Below, piece by piece: positions 49,074 to 60,452 of a DNA stretch of 64,000 nucleotides (position 1 is its first letter; every line of letters starts with the position of its first letter). The notes under the pieces were generated by a model that did no database searches, was not told where the DNA came from, and saw only the letters and a program-made list of their open reading frames with translations. The translations under genes and the position numbers were made by a program. Source of the DNA: Minisyncoccota bacterium (GTDB lineage Bacteria; Patescibacteriota; Minisyncoccia; Phycocordibacterales; Phycocordibacteraceae); assembly GCA_036261925.1 (NCBI GenBank), contig DATAJW010000013.1, forward strand, positions 22,544 to 86,543, in the 5' to 3' direction.

Positions 49074-49259
49074 TTAGCGGGCTCTTGGAGTATCTTCCGT
49101 CTCCGGAAGCTGTCGATGGTGCGACCTGCGGGCGCAGGAACCGGGATAGTCCCGGCAGCGCTCCCCTGCGGCTTCCTTCTGGAGAAGCTCATCCAGGGTC
49201 GCTTTCGCGAGCAGGTCGGCTTCCGCGCGATTGCGCGGCCGCGGATGGATCCGGTGCAT
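49074..49259 (-). CDS. Small orphan protein (61 aa, MHRIHPRPRN...)
   Basis: GGAG SD upstream; hairpins downstream. Confidence 0.4.
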   Translation of the reverse strand: MHRIHPRPRNRAEADLLAKATLDELLQKEAAGERCRDYPGSCARRSHHRQLPETEDTPRAR

Positions 49260-49401
49260 AGCAGCTCCGTGTGAAGTGAAAGAACTGGGATTCAGGCGAG
49301 ATAGGCGGGGATGACAACTTTCCCGGAAGCATCCCCGCCTCCTCGCGCATGGCTCGCGGCCTCGTGGGACCGACTGCCGCTCGCCGCGCAAGCTCGGCCG
49401 C

Positions 49402-49545
49402 TTAGTGGACGATGCGGTCCTCCGGATGCGGGCCGGTACGGTCCTTGTCGGTCGCGTCGTTCGGGCGGGATTCGCCTTCGCGGATGCTCCTGACCGCTTC
49501 GTCGAAGGCCGGGTCGCGTTCTTCGTGCGCTTCGGTCTGGCCCAT
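49402..49545 (-). CDS. Small acidic orphan protein (47 aa, MGQTEAHEERDPAF...)
   Basis: AGGAGG SD; TTGACT...TATGAT promoter upstream; not in the ORF track. Confidence 0.5.
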   Translation of the reverse strand: MGQTEAHEERDPAFDEAVRSIREGESRPNDATDKDRTGPHPEDRIVH

Positions 49546-49947
49546 GCGGTCTCCTCCTGAAATGAAAATCTGCCCGGTGGCAGATATGGGAACATCATAC
49601 GGAAATGGGGTGGAAAGTCAATGAAGCAGCCGCGCGAAGCGCGGCTGGGGTGCGAAGGGGAGCGGGTACTCCGACTGGCGACGAGGATTTCGACGCCAGT
49701 CGGAGTTCGTGGGGCGTCAATGTTGCGGGAATCGTGCTCCTTTTCAAATGTGCGAGCCGCATGGCTCAAGGTTCATGGGCGCCGTCCTCAATGAAGAGTC
49801 GGGCGGGGTGAAGTGGTCGTCGTCCGTCGTTCGACTAGTGGCCCAGGTGACCGTTGCTCATATGAGCTCCTTTCTATGTGACGCAGGAAAGTGACACCTC
49901 CTGACGCTATCATGAAGGCATCGAATACGGTATAATTGTCCACATAT

Positions 49948-50592
49948 ATGGTCATAACCCACCACGGCGGGCAGTGCTTCAAGGTCACCTTCGGGGACTT
50001 CACCCTGGTCTTCGATCCCATCTCGAAGAAGGGTACGCTGCCTGCGGTCCGCTTCGGCGCGGACATCGCGCTCGTCTCCCGTAACCACCCGGACATGAAC
50101 GGCGTCGAGGAGGTATCCTCCGCGAGCAAGGAGCCGTTCGCGATTACCGGCCCCGGCGAGTACGAGCACTCCGGCGTCACCATCCAGGGTTTCCTCACGA
50201 AGAGCCAGTACGGCCTGCCGAAGGGCACGCTCGACGCGGTGAATACCGTCTATTCGGTATCCTTGGAAGGCATGACGCTCGTGCACCTCGGCGCGCTCTC
50301 GGATGCTGTGCTCTCGCATGAGGCGCGCGAAGCCATCGATGAGATCGACGTCCTCTTCGTGCCGGTCGGGGGCGATGGCGTGCTCTCGGCCGCGGAAGCA
50401 AGCAAGCTCGCGGTCTCCCTCGAGCCGCACATCATCATCCCGATGCACCACGACGGCATGGGCGAGCCGAAGGCGCTCGAGGCCTTCCTCAAAGAGGAGG
50501 GCAGCAAGGACGCGGAACGCGTCGATAAGCTGACCTTGAAGAAGAAGGAGGCAGCCGAGAAGGACGGTGCTATCATCGTGATATCCGCATAA
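49948..50592 (+). CDS. MBL-fold metallo-hydrolase (beta-lactamase_B_3-like), degenerate metal motif
   Basis: ITHHG..CFK, DP, GPGEYE, HLG, IDVLFVPVGG, IIPMH. Confidence 0.82.
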   Translation: MVITHHGGQCFKVTFGDFTLVFDPISKKGTLPAVRFGADIALVSRNHPDMNGVEEVSSASKEPFAITGPGEYEHSGVTIQGFLTKSQYGLPKGTLDAVNTVYSVSLEGMTLVHLGALSDAVLSHEAREAIDEIDVLFVPVGGDGVLSAAEASKLAVSLEPHIIIPMHHDGMGEPKALEAFLKEEGSKDAERVDKLTLKKKEAAEKDGAIIVISA

Positions 50593-50594
50593 GT

Positions 50595-50960
50595 ATGGCT
50601 CGTACCGTCACCGACCACCTTGAGCACCTGCGCGCGAAGCCGCACCACGTGCGCCGGCAGATATCCTTCCTCGCGGCGCTCGTCGTGACCGGGCTCGTGA
50701 CCGCTGGCTGGCTCGGCGCGATGGCGACCTCGGGCAGTTTCGCGCTCGATACGACGACGCTCGCCGATGGCGGCGCCGAAGGCGCCACGCTCACGAACGC
50801 CCGCAACGATTTCTCCTCGCTCCTCGGCGCGGCGGGCGCCGCCATTGGCGCGACATCCTCGCCGCGCGAGATAACGGTCGTCGACGTGAAGTCGTGGAGC
50901 AGCCTCGAGGAAGCGCCGGACAACCAGAACGATACGACGCAGACGACGCTTCATTTCTAA
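50595..50960 (+). CDS. Hypothetical single-pass membrane protein
   Basis: LE.LR.KP.HVR..I plus TM; tightly coupled between MBL and gyrA. Confidence 0.7.
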   Translation: MARTVTDHLEHLRAKPHHVRRQISFLAALVVTGLVTAGWLGAMATSGSFALDTTTLADGGAEGATLTNARNDFSSLLGAAGAAIGATSSPREITVVDVKSWSSLEEAPDNQNDTTQTTLHF

Positions 50961-50963
50961 TAC

Positions 50964-53432
<2,469 letters not shown>

Positions 53433-53445
53433 GGCTTCACTCGCA

Positions 53446-53489
53446 CTCCGAATCTCAACCCTCTAAATTCTTACGGGTTAGATTCGGAG
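53446..53489 (+). repeat. Hairpin family A copy 4 (after gyrA)
   Basis: CTCCG-AATCTCAACCCT-CTAAATTCTT-ACGGGTTAGATT-CGGAG. Confidence 0.8.
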
Positions 53490-53561
53490 GCGTCGTTCCG
53501 TCGATTTTAGTATTCAAGGGCGCGGGGTAGTATGGAGGGGTTATTTAGTAAAGCTATTCGT

Positions 53562-53918
53562 ATGGGACCAGAAGGAATGGGCGACATCGGGCCGAAGCAG
53601 TACACGACCGGCAGGCCGGAAGCGGCGCCGGCTTCGACGGAAGCCTCGGATGCGGACGTATTCGAGGCGAGCTTCTCGCCGCAGATGGGCGCGCTCTACC
53701 GGCAGGCAGGCGAGGTTGGTGCCGACGTGCCGGCAATCGTCGCCAAGATGAACGCGCTCGGCGAGGGTCAGATCGCGGAGGACGCGTACGATGGGCTCTC
53801 GCTCGCCGACCGCGAGATGCTCGAGCCGCGCACCGTCATGCTCGCGAACGGCCACTCGCTCTCGTACACCCGCAACAAGCGCGGCGTGTTCGAGTTCTCG
53901 AGCGAGACGGCAGGGTAG
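53562..53918 (+). CDS. Hypothetical protein
   Basis: Open frame with host-like codon usage; start uncertain (53532 or 53562). Confidence 0.55.
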   Translation: MGPEGMGDIGPKQYTTGRPEAAPASTEASDADVFEASFSPQMGALYRQAGEVGADVPAIVAKMNALGEGQIAEDAYDGLSLADREMLEPRTVMLANGHSLSYTRNKRGVFEFSSETAG

Positions 53919-53976
53919 GCAGCAGGGGTGTTGATGCACGGGCCGCCCGGAGGGCGGCCCGTGCTATTTTTAAGGC

Positions 53977-54507
53977 ATGCGATTCAGCGACCCGCAGGGA
54001 AACGTGCTGCAGCTCGGGCTGACCGAAGGCATGAAGGTCGGCGACCTCGGCGCAGGCTCCGGCCATTACGCGGTGGCGGCCGCAGGCATCGTAGGTAGCG
54101 CGGGCCATGTCTATGCCGTCGATATTCAGGAGGACGTGCTGAAGCACGTCCGGGATTTCGCGAGCGAGCGCGGCATGCGCAACGTCTCGACCATCTGGGG
54201 CAACTTCGAGCGCGTCGGCGGCACCACGCTCAAGGACCAGGCGCTCGACGCCGTCATCCTCTCGAATACGCTGTTCCAGCTCGACCACCGCGAGGGCGCG
54301 CTCGCCGAGATCAAGCGCATCCTGAAGCCCGGCGGACGGCTGCTCGTCGTCGATTGGGCGGGTGCCTACGGCGGCATGGGGCCGCTCCCGCACCGCGTCG
54401 TGCCCGAGCATGCGGCGGAGGAGCTGTTCATCACCAGCGGCTTCCACAAGCTGAAGGCATTTCGCGGCGGGCCGCACCATTATTCCCTGGTGTTTACGGC
54501 CCCATAG
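53977..54507 (+). CDS. Class I SAM-dependent methyltransferase
   Basis: VGDLGAGSG, VYAVDIQ, RILKPGGRLLVVDW. Confidence 0.9.
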   Translation: MRFSDPQGNVLQLGLTEGMKVGDLGAGSGHYAVAAAGIVGSAGHVYAVDIQEDVLKHVRDFASERGMRNVSTIWGNFERVGGTTLKDQALDAVILSNTLFQLDHREGALAEIKRILKPGGRLLVVDWAGAYGGMGPLPHRVVPEHAAEELFITSGFHKLKAFRGGPHHYSLVFTAP

Positions 54508-54539
54508 CGGAACCGGGAAAATCGACTAACCTAAGACGT

Positions 54540-55847
54540 ATGAGCGAAATGAAACCGTTCCAGATAATCCTGCTCTCGGTCTTCGGACTGGTGGCGCTCC
54601 TCGGCCTGTTCCTGTTCGCGAACTTCCAGGGCTTCGGCCGCAACGCGGATGCGGTGGGCACGGTAACCATCTGGGGCACGCTGCCGCAGCGCTCGTTCGA
54701 CGCGACGCTCAATGAACTCAAGGATGCCCGCAAGGAATACGCGAACGTCAGCTACGTCGAGCGCCAGGCATCGACCTTCAACGCCGACCTGGCGGACGCC
54801 ATCGCGTCAGGCTCGGGGCCCGACCTCATCCTCATTTCCCAGGAGGAGCTGGTCGGCGAAGTGACCCGGCTGACGCTCGTGCCGTACTCCTCCATCTCCG
54901 AGCGTACCTTCCGCGACTCGTACCTGCCGGTATTCGAGCTCTTCCTCACGAGCGGAGGTACGTACGGCATCCCGTTCGCGGTCGACCCGCTCATGCTGTT
55001 CTACAACCGTACGCTGCTCGCGACCGCGGGCGCCGCCCGCCCGCCCGCTACCTGGGAGGCGGTCACTGGCCTCTCGCCCGCGATAACGCGCGCGACCGAT
55101 GCGCAGACGGTCACCCGCAGCCTCGTGCCGCTCGGCACCTACCAGAACGTCACGAACGCGCGCGCTATCCTCTCGCTGCTGTTCTTCCAGTCCGGCAACG
55201 GCGTCTCCGGCGGCTCGCTCGAAGGCGGCCTCTCCTCGACGCTCGCCGCGAGCGGGAGCGAGAGCTACGGCTCCACGCCGGTCGAATCCGCGCTCAACTT
55301 CTATACGGAGTTCGCGAATCCGGCGAAGACGACCTACACCTGGAATCGCTCGCTGCCCGAGTCCCGCCAGATGTTCCTCACCGGCGACCTCGCGCTCTAT
55401 CCCGGATTCGCATCCGAGCAGCGCGCGCTCGCGAGCGCGAACCCGAACCTCGATTTCGATATGGCGCCGATGCCGCAGCCGGGGACGGCAACGGTACGCA
55501 CCGCATATGCCCGCGCGTACGCGTTCGCGCTGCCGAAGGCGTCCCGGAACACGTCGGGCGCGTACGAGGTAGCGCTCGCGCTCGCCGGGAAGGGCGTCAA
55601 CGCCGCGTTCGCCCGCTCGCTCGGCATGGCGCCTGCCTCCCGCGCCGATCTCACGCCGTCGAACGCGAGCATCTTCGAGCCGGTCTTCTATCCGGAGGCG
55701 CTGACCGCAAAGGGCTGGCTATCCCCACTGCCGGGGCGAACCGATGCGATATTCGCGGCTATGATAGATAACGTGAACAGCGGCCGGCAGAGCGTGAAGC
55801 AGGCGCTCTCGACCGCCGACCAGGCGCTTACCGCCGCTTTCCGCTAA
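54540..55847 (+). CDS. Extracellular solute-binding protein (family 1)
   Basis: N-terminal TM, TIWG, ASG.GPD, GIPF.VD.L.LFYN, PP.TWE. Confidence 0.82.
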   Translation: MSEMKPFQIILLSVFGLVALLGLFLFANFQGFGRNADAVGTVTIWGTLPQRSFDATLNELKDARKEYANVSYVERQASTFNADLADAIASGSGPDLILISQEELVGEVTRLTLVPYSSISERTFRDSYLPVFELFLTSGGTYGIPFAVDPLMLFYNRTLLATAGAARPPATWEAVTGLSPAITRATDAQTVTRSLVPLGTYQNVTNARAILSLLFFQSGNGVSGGSLEGGLSSTLAASGSESYGSTPVESALNFYTEFANPAKTTYTWNRSLPESRQMFLTGDLALYPGFASEQRALASANPNLDFDMAPMPQPGTATVRTAYARAYAFALPKASRNTSGAYEVALALAGKGVNAAFARSLGMAPASRADLTPSNASIFEPVFYPEALTAKGWLSPLPGRTDAIFAAMIDNVNSGRQSVKQALSTADQALTAAFR

Positions 55848-55849
55848 CC

Positions 55850-56434
55850 ATGACCCGACTCCATTCGTTCCGCGCGCTTCTCGTCCTCGGCATGCTCGCG
55901 TTCTCCTTCGCGGCGCCTATGCCCGTGGCGTATGCCGCCGACCAATGCAACCCATCGAGCCCGAGCTCATGTCCGAGCGGGCAGCAGTGCAAGAAAGTGA
56001 ACGATGAAGACGCGACATGCGTCGCTATCGAATGCACGCCTGCCTGCAAATCCACGGAAGTCTGCTTCCTCGGCAATACCTGCATTGCGAAGTCGAGCAC
56101 TACCAATCCCGGCGGGACCGAGGGAACTACTAATCCTGGCGGAACCCAGGGAACCGCAAATTCTGGCGCAGGCAGACTCCAGAACCCGCTCAATAATATA
56201 AATAGCATAGACGATCTGCTCGGCGCGGTTCTCGGCGCGGTCGTGCGCATCGGCTCCATCATCCTCGTGCTCGCGCTCGTCTATATCGGCTTCCTCTTCG
56301 TCGTCGCCCAAGGGAACGAGGAAAAGCTCAAGAGCGCTCGGACCGCGCTTCTTTGGACGGTGATTGGCGGTCTCATCCTGCTTGGCGCCACGGCGATAAA
56401 GGAGGTCATAACCGCGACCGTGGACGCGCTATGA
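55850..56434 (+). CDS. TrbC/VirB2-like pilin with Cys-rich N-terminal domain
   Basis: Signal peptide, 6 Cys, LQNPL, YIGFLFV.AQGNEEKL..AR..L.W.VIG. Confidence 0.75.
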   Translation: MTRLHSFRALLVLGMLAFSFAAPMPVAYAADQCNPSSPSSCPSGQQCKKVNDEDATCVAIECTPACKSTEVCFLGNTCIAKSSTTNPGGTEGTTNPGGTQGTANSGAGRLQNPLNNINSIDDLLGAVLGAVVRIGSIILVLALVYIGFLFVVAQGNEEKLKSARTALLWTVIGGLILLGATAIKEVITATVDAL

Positions 56435-56901
56435 TGCCGCGTACGTTCATCGCGCTGCTCTTCATCGCTGGCCTGTCCGGCGCGTCCCCGGTTCCTGCGC
56501 TCGCCCAGACCTGCACCCCTGGCTGCGGGTCAGGGACGATATGCGCGTACACCAATCTCGCGGAGACGCAGACGGGATGCATCATCGCCGCCCAGGATGA
56601 CGGAACGGTCGATGAGGTCGTCGTGGAGGCGGCGGGAGGCGGCTCCGGCCGCTCGTTCGCGGAGTTCGTATATGACGTAATCGTACCGCTCTTCAATGAC
56701 GGCATCATCCCGCTCCTGTATGCGCTCGCCTTCCTCTTCTTCCTCATCGGCGTCGTTCGGTACTTCTTCCTCGAGAGCGAGGAGAACCGCGAGAAAGGCA
56801 AGGGCATGATGCTCTGGGGCATCATCGGCCTCGCGGTCATATTCTCGGTCTGGGGGCTGGTGCAGCTCCTCCTCGCCACGTTCTCGCTCGGTAGCGCATA
56901 G
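56431..56901 (+). CDS. TrbC/VirB2-like pilin with Cys-rich N-terminal domain
   Basis: AQTC..GC...TIC...C; IPLL.ALA.LFF..GV.RY....EE.REKGK..MLWGIIG...I.SVWGLV. Confidence 0.75.
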   Translation: MMPRTFIALLFIAGLSGASPVPALAQTCTPGCGSGTICAYTNLAETQTGCIIAAQDDGTVDEVVVEAAGGGSGRSFAEFVYDVIVPLFNDGIIPLLYALAFLFFLIGVVRYFFLESEENREKGKGMMLWGIIGLAVIFSVWGLVQLLLATFSLGSA

Positions 56902-56928
56902 CACTTATTCCCTAATCACCATTCCGTC

Positions 56929-57360
56929 ATGCCTCCTTCGAACCAAGCTCCAAGCACGCTGCAGGGATTCTTCCCCTGGATCATCGCGTTCATCGATACG
57001 TATATCGTGCCGCTCATCTTCGCGCTCGCGTTCGTCGTCTTCCTCTGGGGCGTCTTCCAGTACTTCATCGCCGGAGGCGCCGATGAGGAGAAGCGGGAAA
57101 AAGGAAAGAGATTCGTCGCGTACGGACTGGTCGGTTTCTTCGTGATGGTGTCGGTCTGGGGCCTCGTGAACTTGCTGGTCGGCTCGTTCGGCTTCAATAA
57201 GTCCGCGCCGCCGGTGCCGCGCTTCGGCGCGCCTTCGAGCGCCAATCCTGCGCCGAACACGCCTACCGGCACGTCAGGCATCTCATGCCAGACGGCATTC
57301 GATTGCGGCGGTCTCGCCTGCCTGAACGGCTTCTGCGCATCGAGCAACGGGAACAACTGA
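56929..57360 (+). CDS. TrbC/VirB2-like pilin with Cys-rich C-terminal tail
   Basis: VPLIFALAF..F.WGVFQYFIAGG.DEEK.EKGK; tail C...DC...C..GFC. Confidence 0.75.
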   Translation: MPPSNQAPSTLQGFFPWIIAFIDTYIVPLIFALAFVVFLWGVFQYFIAGGADEEKREKGKRFVAYGLVGFFVMVSVWGLVNLLVGSFGFNKSAPPVPRFGAPSSANPAPNTPTGTSGISCQTAFDCGGLACLNGFCASSNGNN

Positions 57361-57453
57361 TAGCTGATAGCCGTTTTCCACATGCGGCCAAGGCCTCTAT
57401 TGACGGGCTGCCGTGGCGTTCTATCCTATAGGAGTACTTAGTAATCACTATCT

Positions 57454-57816
57454 ATGAAGAAACTCGGTTATATCGGTGCGGCCCTCGCGCTCCCGTTCCT
57501 CGCATTCGCGCAGACCATCAATGGCCAGAGCGGCCTCGGCGGCCTCGGCCAGAGCCTCATCGCCTTTATCAATACGATCGTCGTGCCGCTCATCTTCGCG
57601 CTCGCGTTCATCGTCTTCATCTGGGGCGTCTTCCAGTACTTCATCGCTGGCGGGCACGACGAGGAGAAGAAGGAGAAGGGCAAGAGCCTCATGCTCTACG
57701 GCCTCATCGGTTTCTTCGTGATGGTATCGGTTTGGGGCCTCGTGAACATCCTCACGGGTACCTTCAATCTCCGCGACACGCCGCCGCCGTACCCTGACGT
57801 ACCGGTCAACAACTAG
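57454..57816 (+). CDS. TrbC/VirB2-like pilin (probable major subunit)
   Basis: MKK..LALPFLAFAQ signal, same core, own promoter TTGACG...TATCCT. Confidence 0.78.
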   Translation: MKKLGYIGAALALPFLAFAQTINGQSGLGGLGQSLIAFINTIVVPLIFALAFIVFIWGVFQYFIAGGHDEEKKEKGKSLMLYGLIGFFVMVSVWGLVNILTGTFNLRDTPPPYPDVPVNN

Positions 57817-57875
57817 GCGCAGTTCTCCACCAGAGGAAGCCGCCCGTTCGGGCGGCTTCTTGCTATGATACGGAT

Positions 57876-58133
57876 ATGGATAAGCTCAATGAGTTCATAA
57901 CGAACGTGGAGCGGGAGATACTCACCCCGATAGTCACCCTCCTCGCCCTGTTCGCGTTCGCGGTCTTCGTCTGGGGCATCGTGCAGTTCATCGCGAACGC
58001 GGGCGATGAGGAGAAACGCAAGACCGGCCAGATGCACATGTTCTGGGGCATCATCGGCCTCGTCATCATATTCGGCGCGAACGCCATAATACGGCTCATG
58101 GCGAATACGGTGGGTGCGGACGTTCCGTTCTAG
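57876..58133 (+). CDS. TrbC/VirB2-like pilin (short)
   Basis: P..LL..FA..VFVWG.VQFI.NA.DEEKR..G..HM.WGIIGL. Confidence 0.75.
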   Translation: MDKLNEFITNVEREILTPIVTLLALFAFAVFVWGIVQFIANAGDEEKRKTGQMHMFWGIIGLVIIFGANAIIRLMANTVGADVPF

Positions 58134-58142
58134 CAACCATAA

Positions 58143-58174
58143 GAAAAGCCCCGCATGAGAATGCGGGGCTTTGA
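58143..58174. terminator. Bidirectional terminator between the pilin array and the orphan operon
   Basis: AAAGCCCCGCAT-GAGA-ATGCGGGGCTTT. Confidence 0.7.
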
Positions 58175-58195
58175 AAGATCAGGTACCGATGCTTG

Positions 58196-58708
58196 CTACT
58201 CGGAATCCGCGGCTTCGGCTTGCGCCCTCGCTGCATGTTCCGGTTCGAAGCGGATGAGGAGCTTCTTCGGGCTCGAGTCGAGCGATTGGTAGAGCTCGGC
58301 CGTGCCGCCATTCGGACAGCTGTCTTGAATGGCTCCGAAGAGGTCCTTGCATCGGATACGGACGCCGTCGGTGTTATTCCGGAATATGGTGTATCCGGGA
58401 CGGATCCTGGCTTCGTATTCGGTCGTGCCGGCCGCCGGCGCCGTCACCACCTGCCACTCCGGGGAGGGCAGGGATTCTGGCGCGGTTGCTGCCGGTATCG
58501 TCGCGGTCGTCTGCGTACTGCGCGCAGCTTCGACCTGTCCAGGCTCTTTCGAGCCATGTACGAGATGCTTGCCTCCGACCCAGTCGATCAAGAAGAAGAT
58601 CGCTCCGACGGCCGCGAAAAGCAGGCCGATTCGTAAGGCCCACTTCTTCATTCCTTCGGTCGAACCTCCGGAACCATGCTTGGAGCCAGATGAAGCGCCA
58701 TGAGCCAT
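58196..58708 (-). CDS. Orphan single-pass membrane protein
   Basis: GAGGA SD; TM; second gene of the SPFH operon. Confidence 0.6.
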   Translation of the reverse strand: MAHGASSGSKHGSGGSTEGMKKWALRIGLLFAAVGAIFFLIDWVGGKHLVHGSKEPGQVEAARSTQTTATIPAATAPESLPSPEWQVVTAPAAGTTEYEARIRPGYTIFRNNTDGVRIRCKDLFGAIQDSCPNGGTAELYQSLDSSPKKLLIRFEPEHAARAQAEAADSE

Positions 58709-58719
58709 GTTGAGTTCCT

Positions 58720-59904
58720 CTAGTCCTTGTTGTTGGTGAAGATAGCGGCCGCGTCGACAAGCGGATTGCCGCTTCTGACGATGGTCTCTTTGGCTCGGCC
58801 ACGGTTGATGCGGACAAGCTCAAGCGCGCGCTCCAAGGAGAGCGTTTCTCCTCGGCTGGTGGCGTCGGCAATATATGCCCTCGCCAGCTCGAGCTCGGTA
58901 TCGAAGTCCTTCCTTTCCGCTCGACGCTGCGCGTCTTCGCGGGCGGACAATTCGGCGTCTGCGCCGAGCGCGCTGCTCGGTTCGATGCGGACGACGTTGA
59001 GGCGGGTGATCTGGATGCCCAGGTCGACCACATCCCCGACGCCGTTCTCGCGAACGATGCGCAGGAAGACCTCCATTTCCCGTTGCCGGTTATGCAAGTC
59101 ATCTTTCGGGGCGGCATGGATATACCGCAACGGCTCGTCGATGGCGGGCAGCAGCCTATACTTATCGGGTGCGATTGCGAAATCCTCTTCCGCTATCTTG
59201 CCGTCCGTACGAGGCAGTGTACGCAACTTCGCGTCGCTGACCATCATCAAGAGGCTCGCCGCGAGCGGCGCCTTGAGGAAAACGAATTCCTCCCAGGTAT
59301 AGTCGCTCGCGAACACACGCGTCTCTTCGCCGATGATGTCGCAGAGGATCTTCTTGACCCCCTCCTCGCCGCCGGAGTTGAGATACTTGATGATGCGATC
59401 GGCGTCGACATCCTCGCCGCCGTGCAGGCCATCAGCATCGGGCTCGATGGTAATGGCCACTTCGACGGTGACTGCAGCGCCGGCAGCGGCCGTATCCGAT
59501 CCGGTATTCGCGCGGCATCGGACATCTTCATAGGTGAAGTTCCTGTTCATCCGCTCGACTTTGACCGGATTCACTCCCACCATGAAGGGGAAGTACGGGG
59601 CGAGCAGATGCGTCCCTTCCGGAATGAGGACGCGGATGCGCCTATTCCAGAACGTGAGGATGCCCTTATGCGGCGGATCCTCGGGAACGCGCACGAACCC
59701 GAACGCGATCATCAGCGCACCGATAGCGCCGATAGCCGCGAAGTACCGCGGGCCGACGAGAAGGTAGTAGGTGCCGAGCAGGATGAAGCCGATAGCGCTT
59801 GCCCAAAGGATCGTCGTGATCCTTTGGAGAAATGCACGGTCGACTATTACCGCCACCAGCATCGCCACCTGAATGGCTAGCCAGAGCTTGAGTACCAGAG
59901 GCAT
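58720..59904 (-). CDS. Divergent SPFH/Band 7-like membrane protein
   Basis: 3 TM helices, then VP...H.GI....R...L.EG.H...P.F; DLGIQI..LNV..I.P and coiled coil; GGAGG SD. Confidence 0.55.
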   Translation of the reverse strand: MPLVLKLWLAIQVAMLVAVIVDRAFLQRITTILWASAIGFILLGTYYLLVGPRYFAAIGAIGALMIAFGFVRVPEDPPHKGILTFWNRRIRVLIPEGTHLLAPYFPFMVGVNPVKVERMNRNFTYEDVRCRANTGSDTAAAGAAVTVEVAITIEPDADGLHGGEDVDADRIIKYLNSGGEEGVKKILCDIIGEETRVFASDYTWEEFVFLKAPLAASLLMMVSDAKLRTLPRTDGKIAEEDFAIAPDKYRLLPAIDEPLRYIHAAPKDDLHNRQREMEVFLRIVRENGVGDVVDLGIQITRLNVVRIEPSSALGADAELSAREDAQRRAERKDFDTELELARAYIADATSRGETLSLERALELVRINRGRAKETIVRSGNPLVDAAAIFTNNKD

Positions 59905-60035
59905 AGCGCCCTCCAAGATTCGTTTGACCTGTCAAAGGCCGTTCCACCTGCTATAATAGCACAATATATAGTGTTTTGTCAAGGTGCTCCCAGCAATCGA
60001 ATACCGAGGCCAGTGCCGGCTATTTCATGGAAATG

Positions 60036-60260
60036 TACTGGAGAGAGGACTCGCACCAGCACCCCCGAAGGCCCAACCTACGGATGGAAGACGGGACCAA
60101 CCATCTTCCATTCCCGCGGCAATTCGTTATGCACACAGTGCCGAGGAGAGGACTCGAACCTCCACCCCCGAAGGGACCTGCTCCTAAGGCAGGCGCGCCT
60201 ACCATTTCGCCACCTCGGCACTCTATGCACAACTCGCGTCTACCATTTCGCCACTCCAGC
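60036..60260 (-). other. tRNA-Leu-like shell (acceptor stem, D arm, variable arm, damaged T arm) enclosing an intact tRNA
   Basis: 5' half GCTGGAGTGGCGAAATGGTAGACGCG (60260-60235); 3' half CCTTCGGGGGTGCTGGTGCGAGTCCTCTCTCCAGTA (60071-60036). Confidence 0.75.
60139..60219 (-). tRNA. tRNA-Leu(TAG)
   Basis: GCCGAGG/CCTCGGC, CCTGC-CT-TAG-GA-GCAGG, variable arm CCC-TTCG-GGG, GTTCGAGTC. Confidence 0.95.
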
Positions 60261-60325
60261 GTTCCGGTATCTTATCAGAAAAAGACGAAAGCCGGACGAA
60301 TCCGGCTCCGGTCTTTCACTTTGAT

Positions 60326-60401
60326 TGGTCCGCCTGCCTGGGCTCGAACCAGGGACCATCTCCTTAAGAGGGAGTTGCTCTACCAACTGAGCTACAGGCG
60401 G
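60326..60401 (-). tRNA. tRNA-Lys(CTT)
   Basis: CCGCCTG/CAGGCGG, CT-CTT-AA loop, encoded CCA. Confidence 0.92.
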
Positions 60402-60452
60402 ATGTCCGAAGGACTTTCGGATTCTAGCGTCTTCATGAAAAATAGTAAACAG

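Noticed and set aside
60036-60260. Group I intron-containing or spliceable tRNA; or a prophage att duplication
   Set aside because: No group I core is recognisable, the joined halves give no paired anticodon stem, and the T arm is damaged. Both halves are present and diverged with compensation, unlike att sites, and no integrase is nearby.
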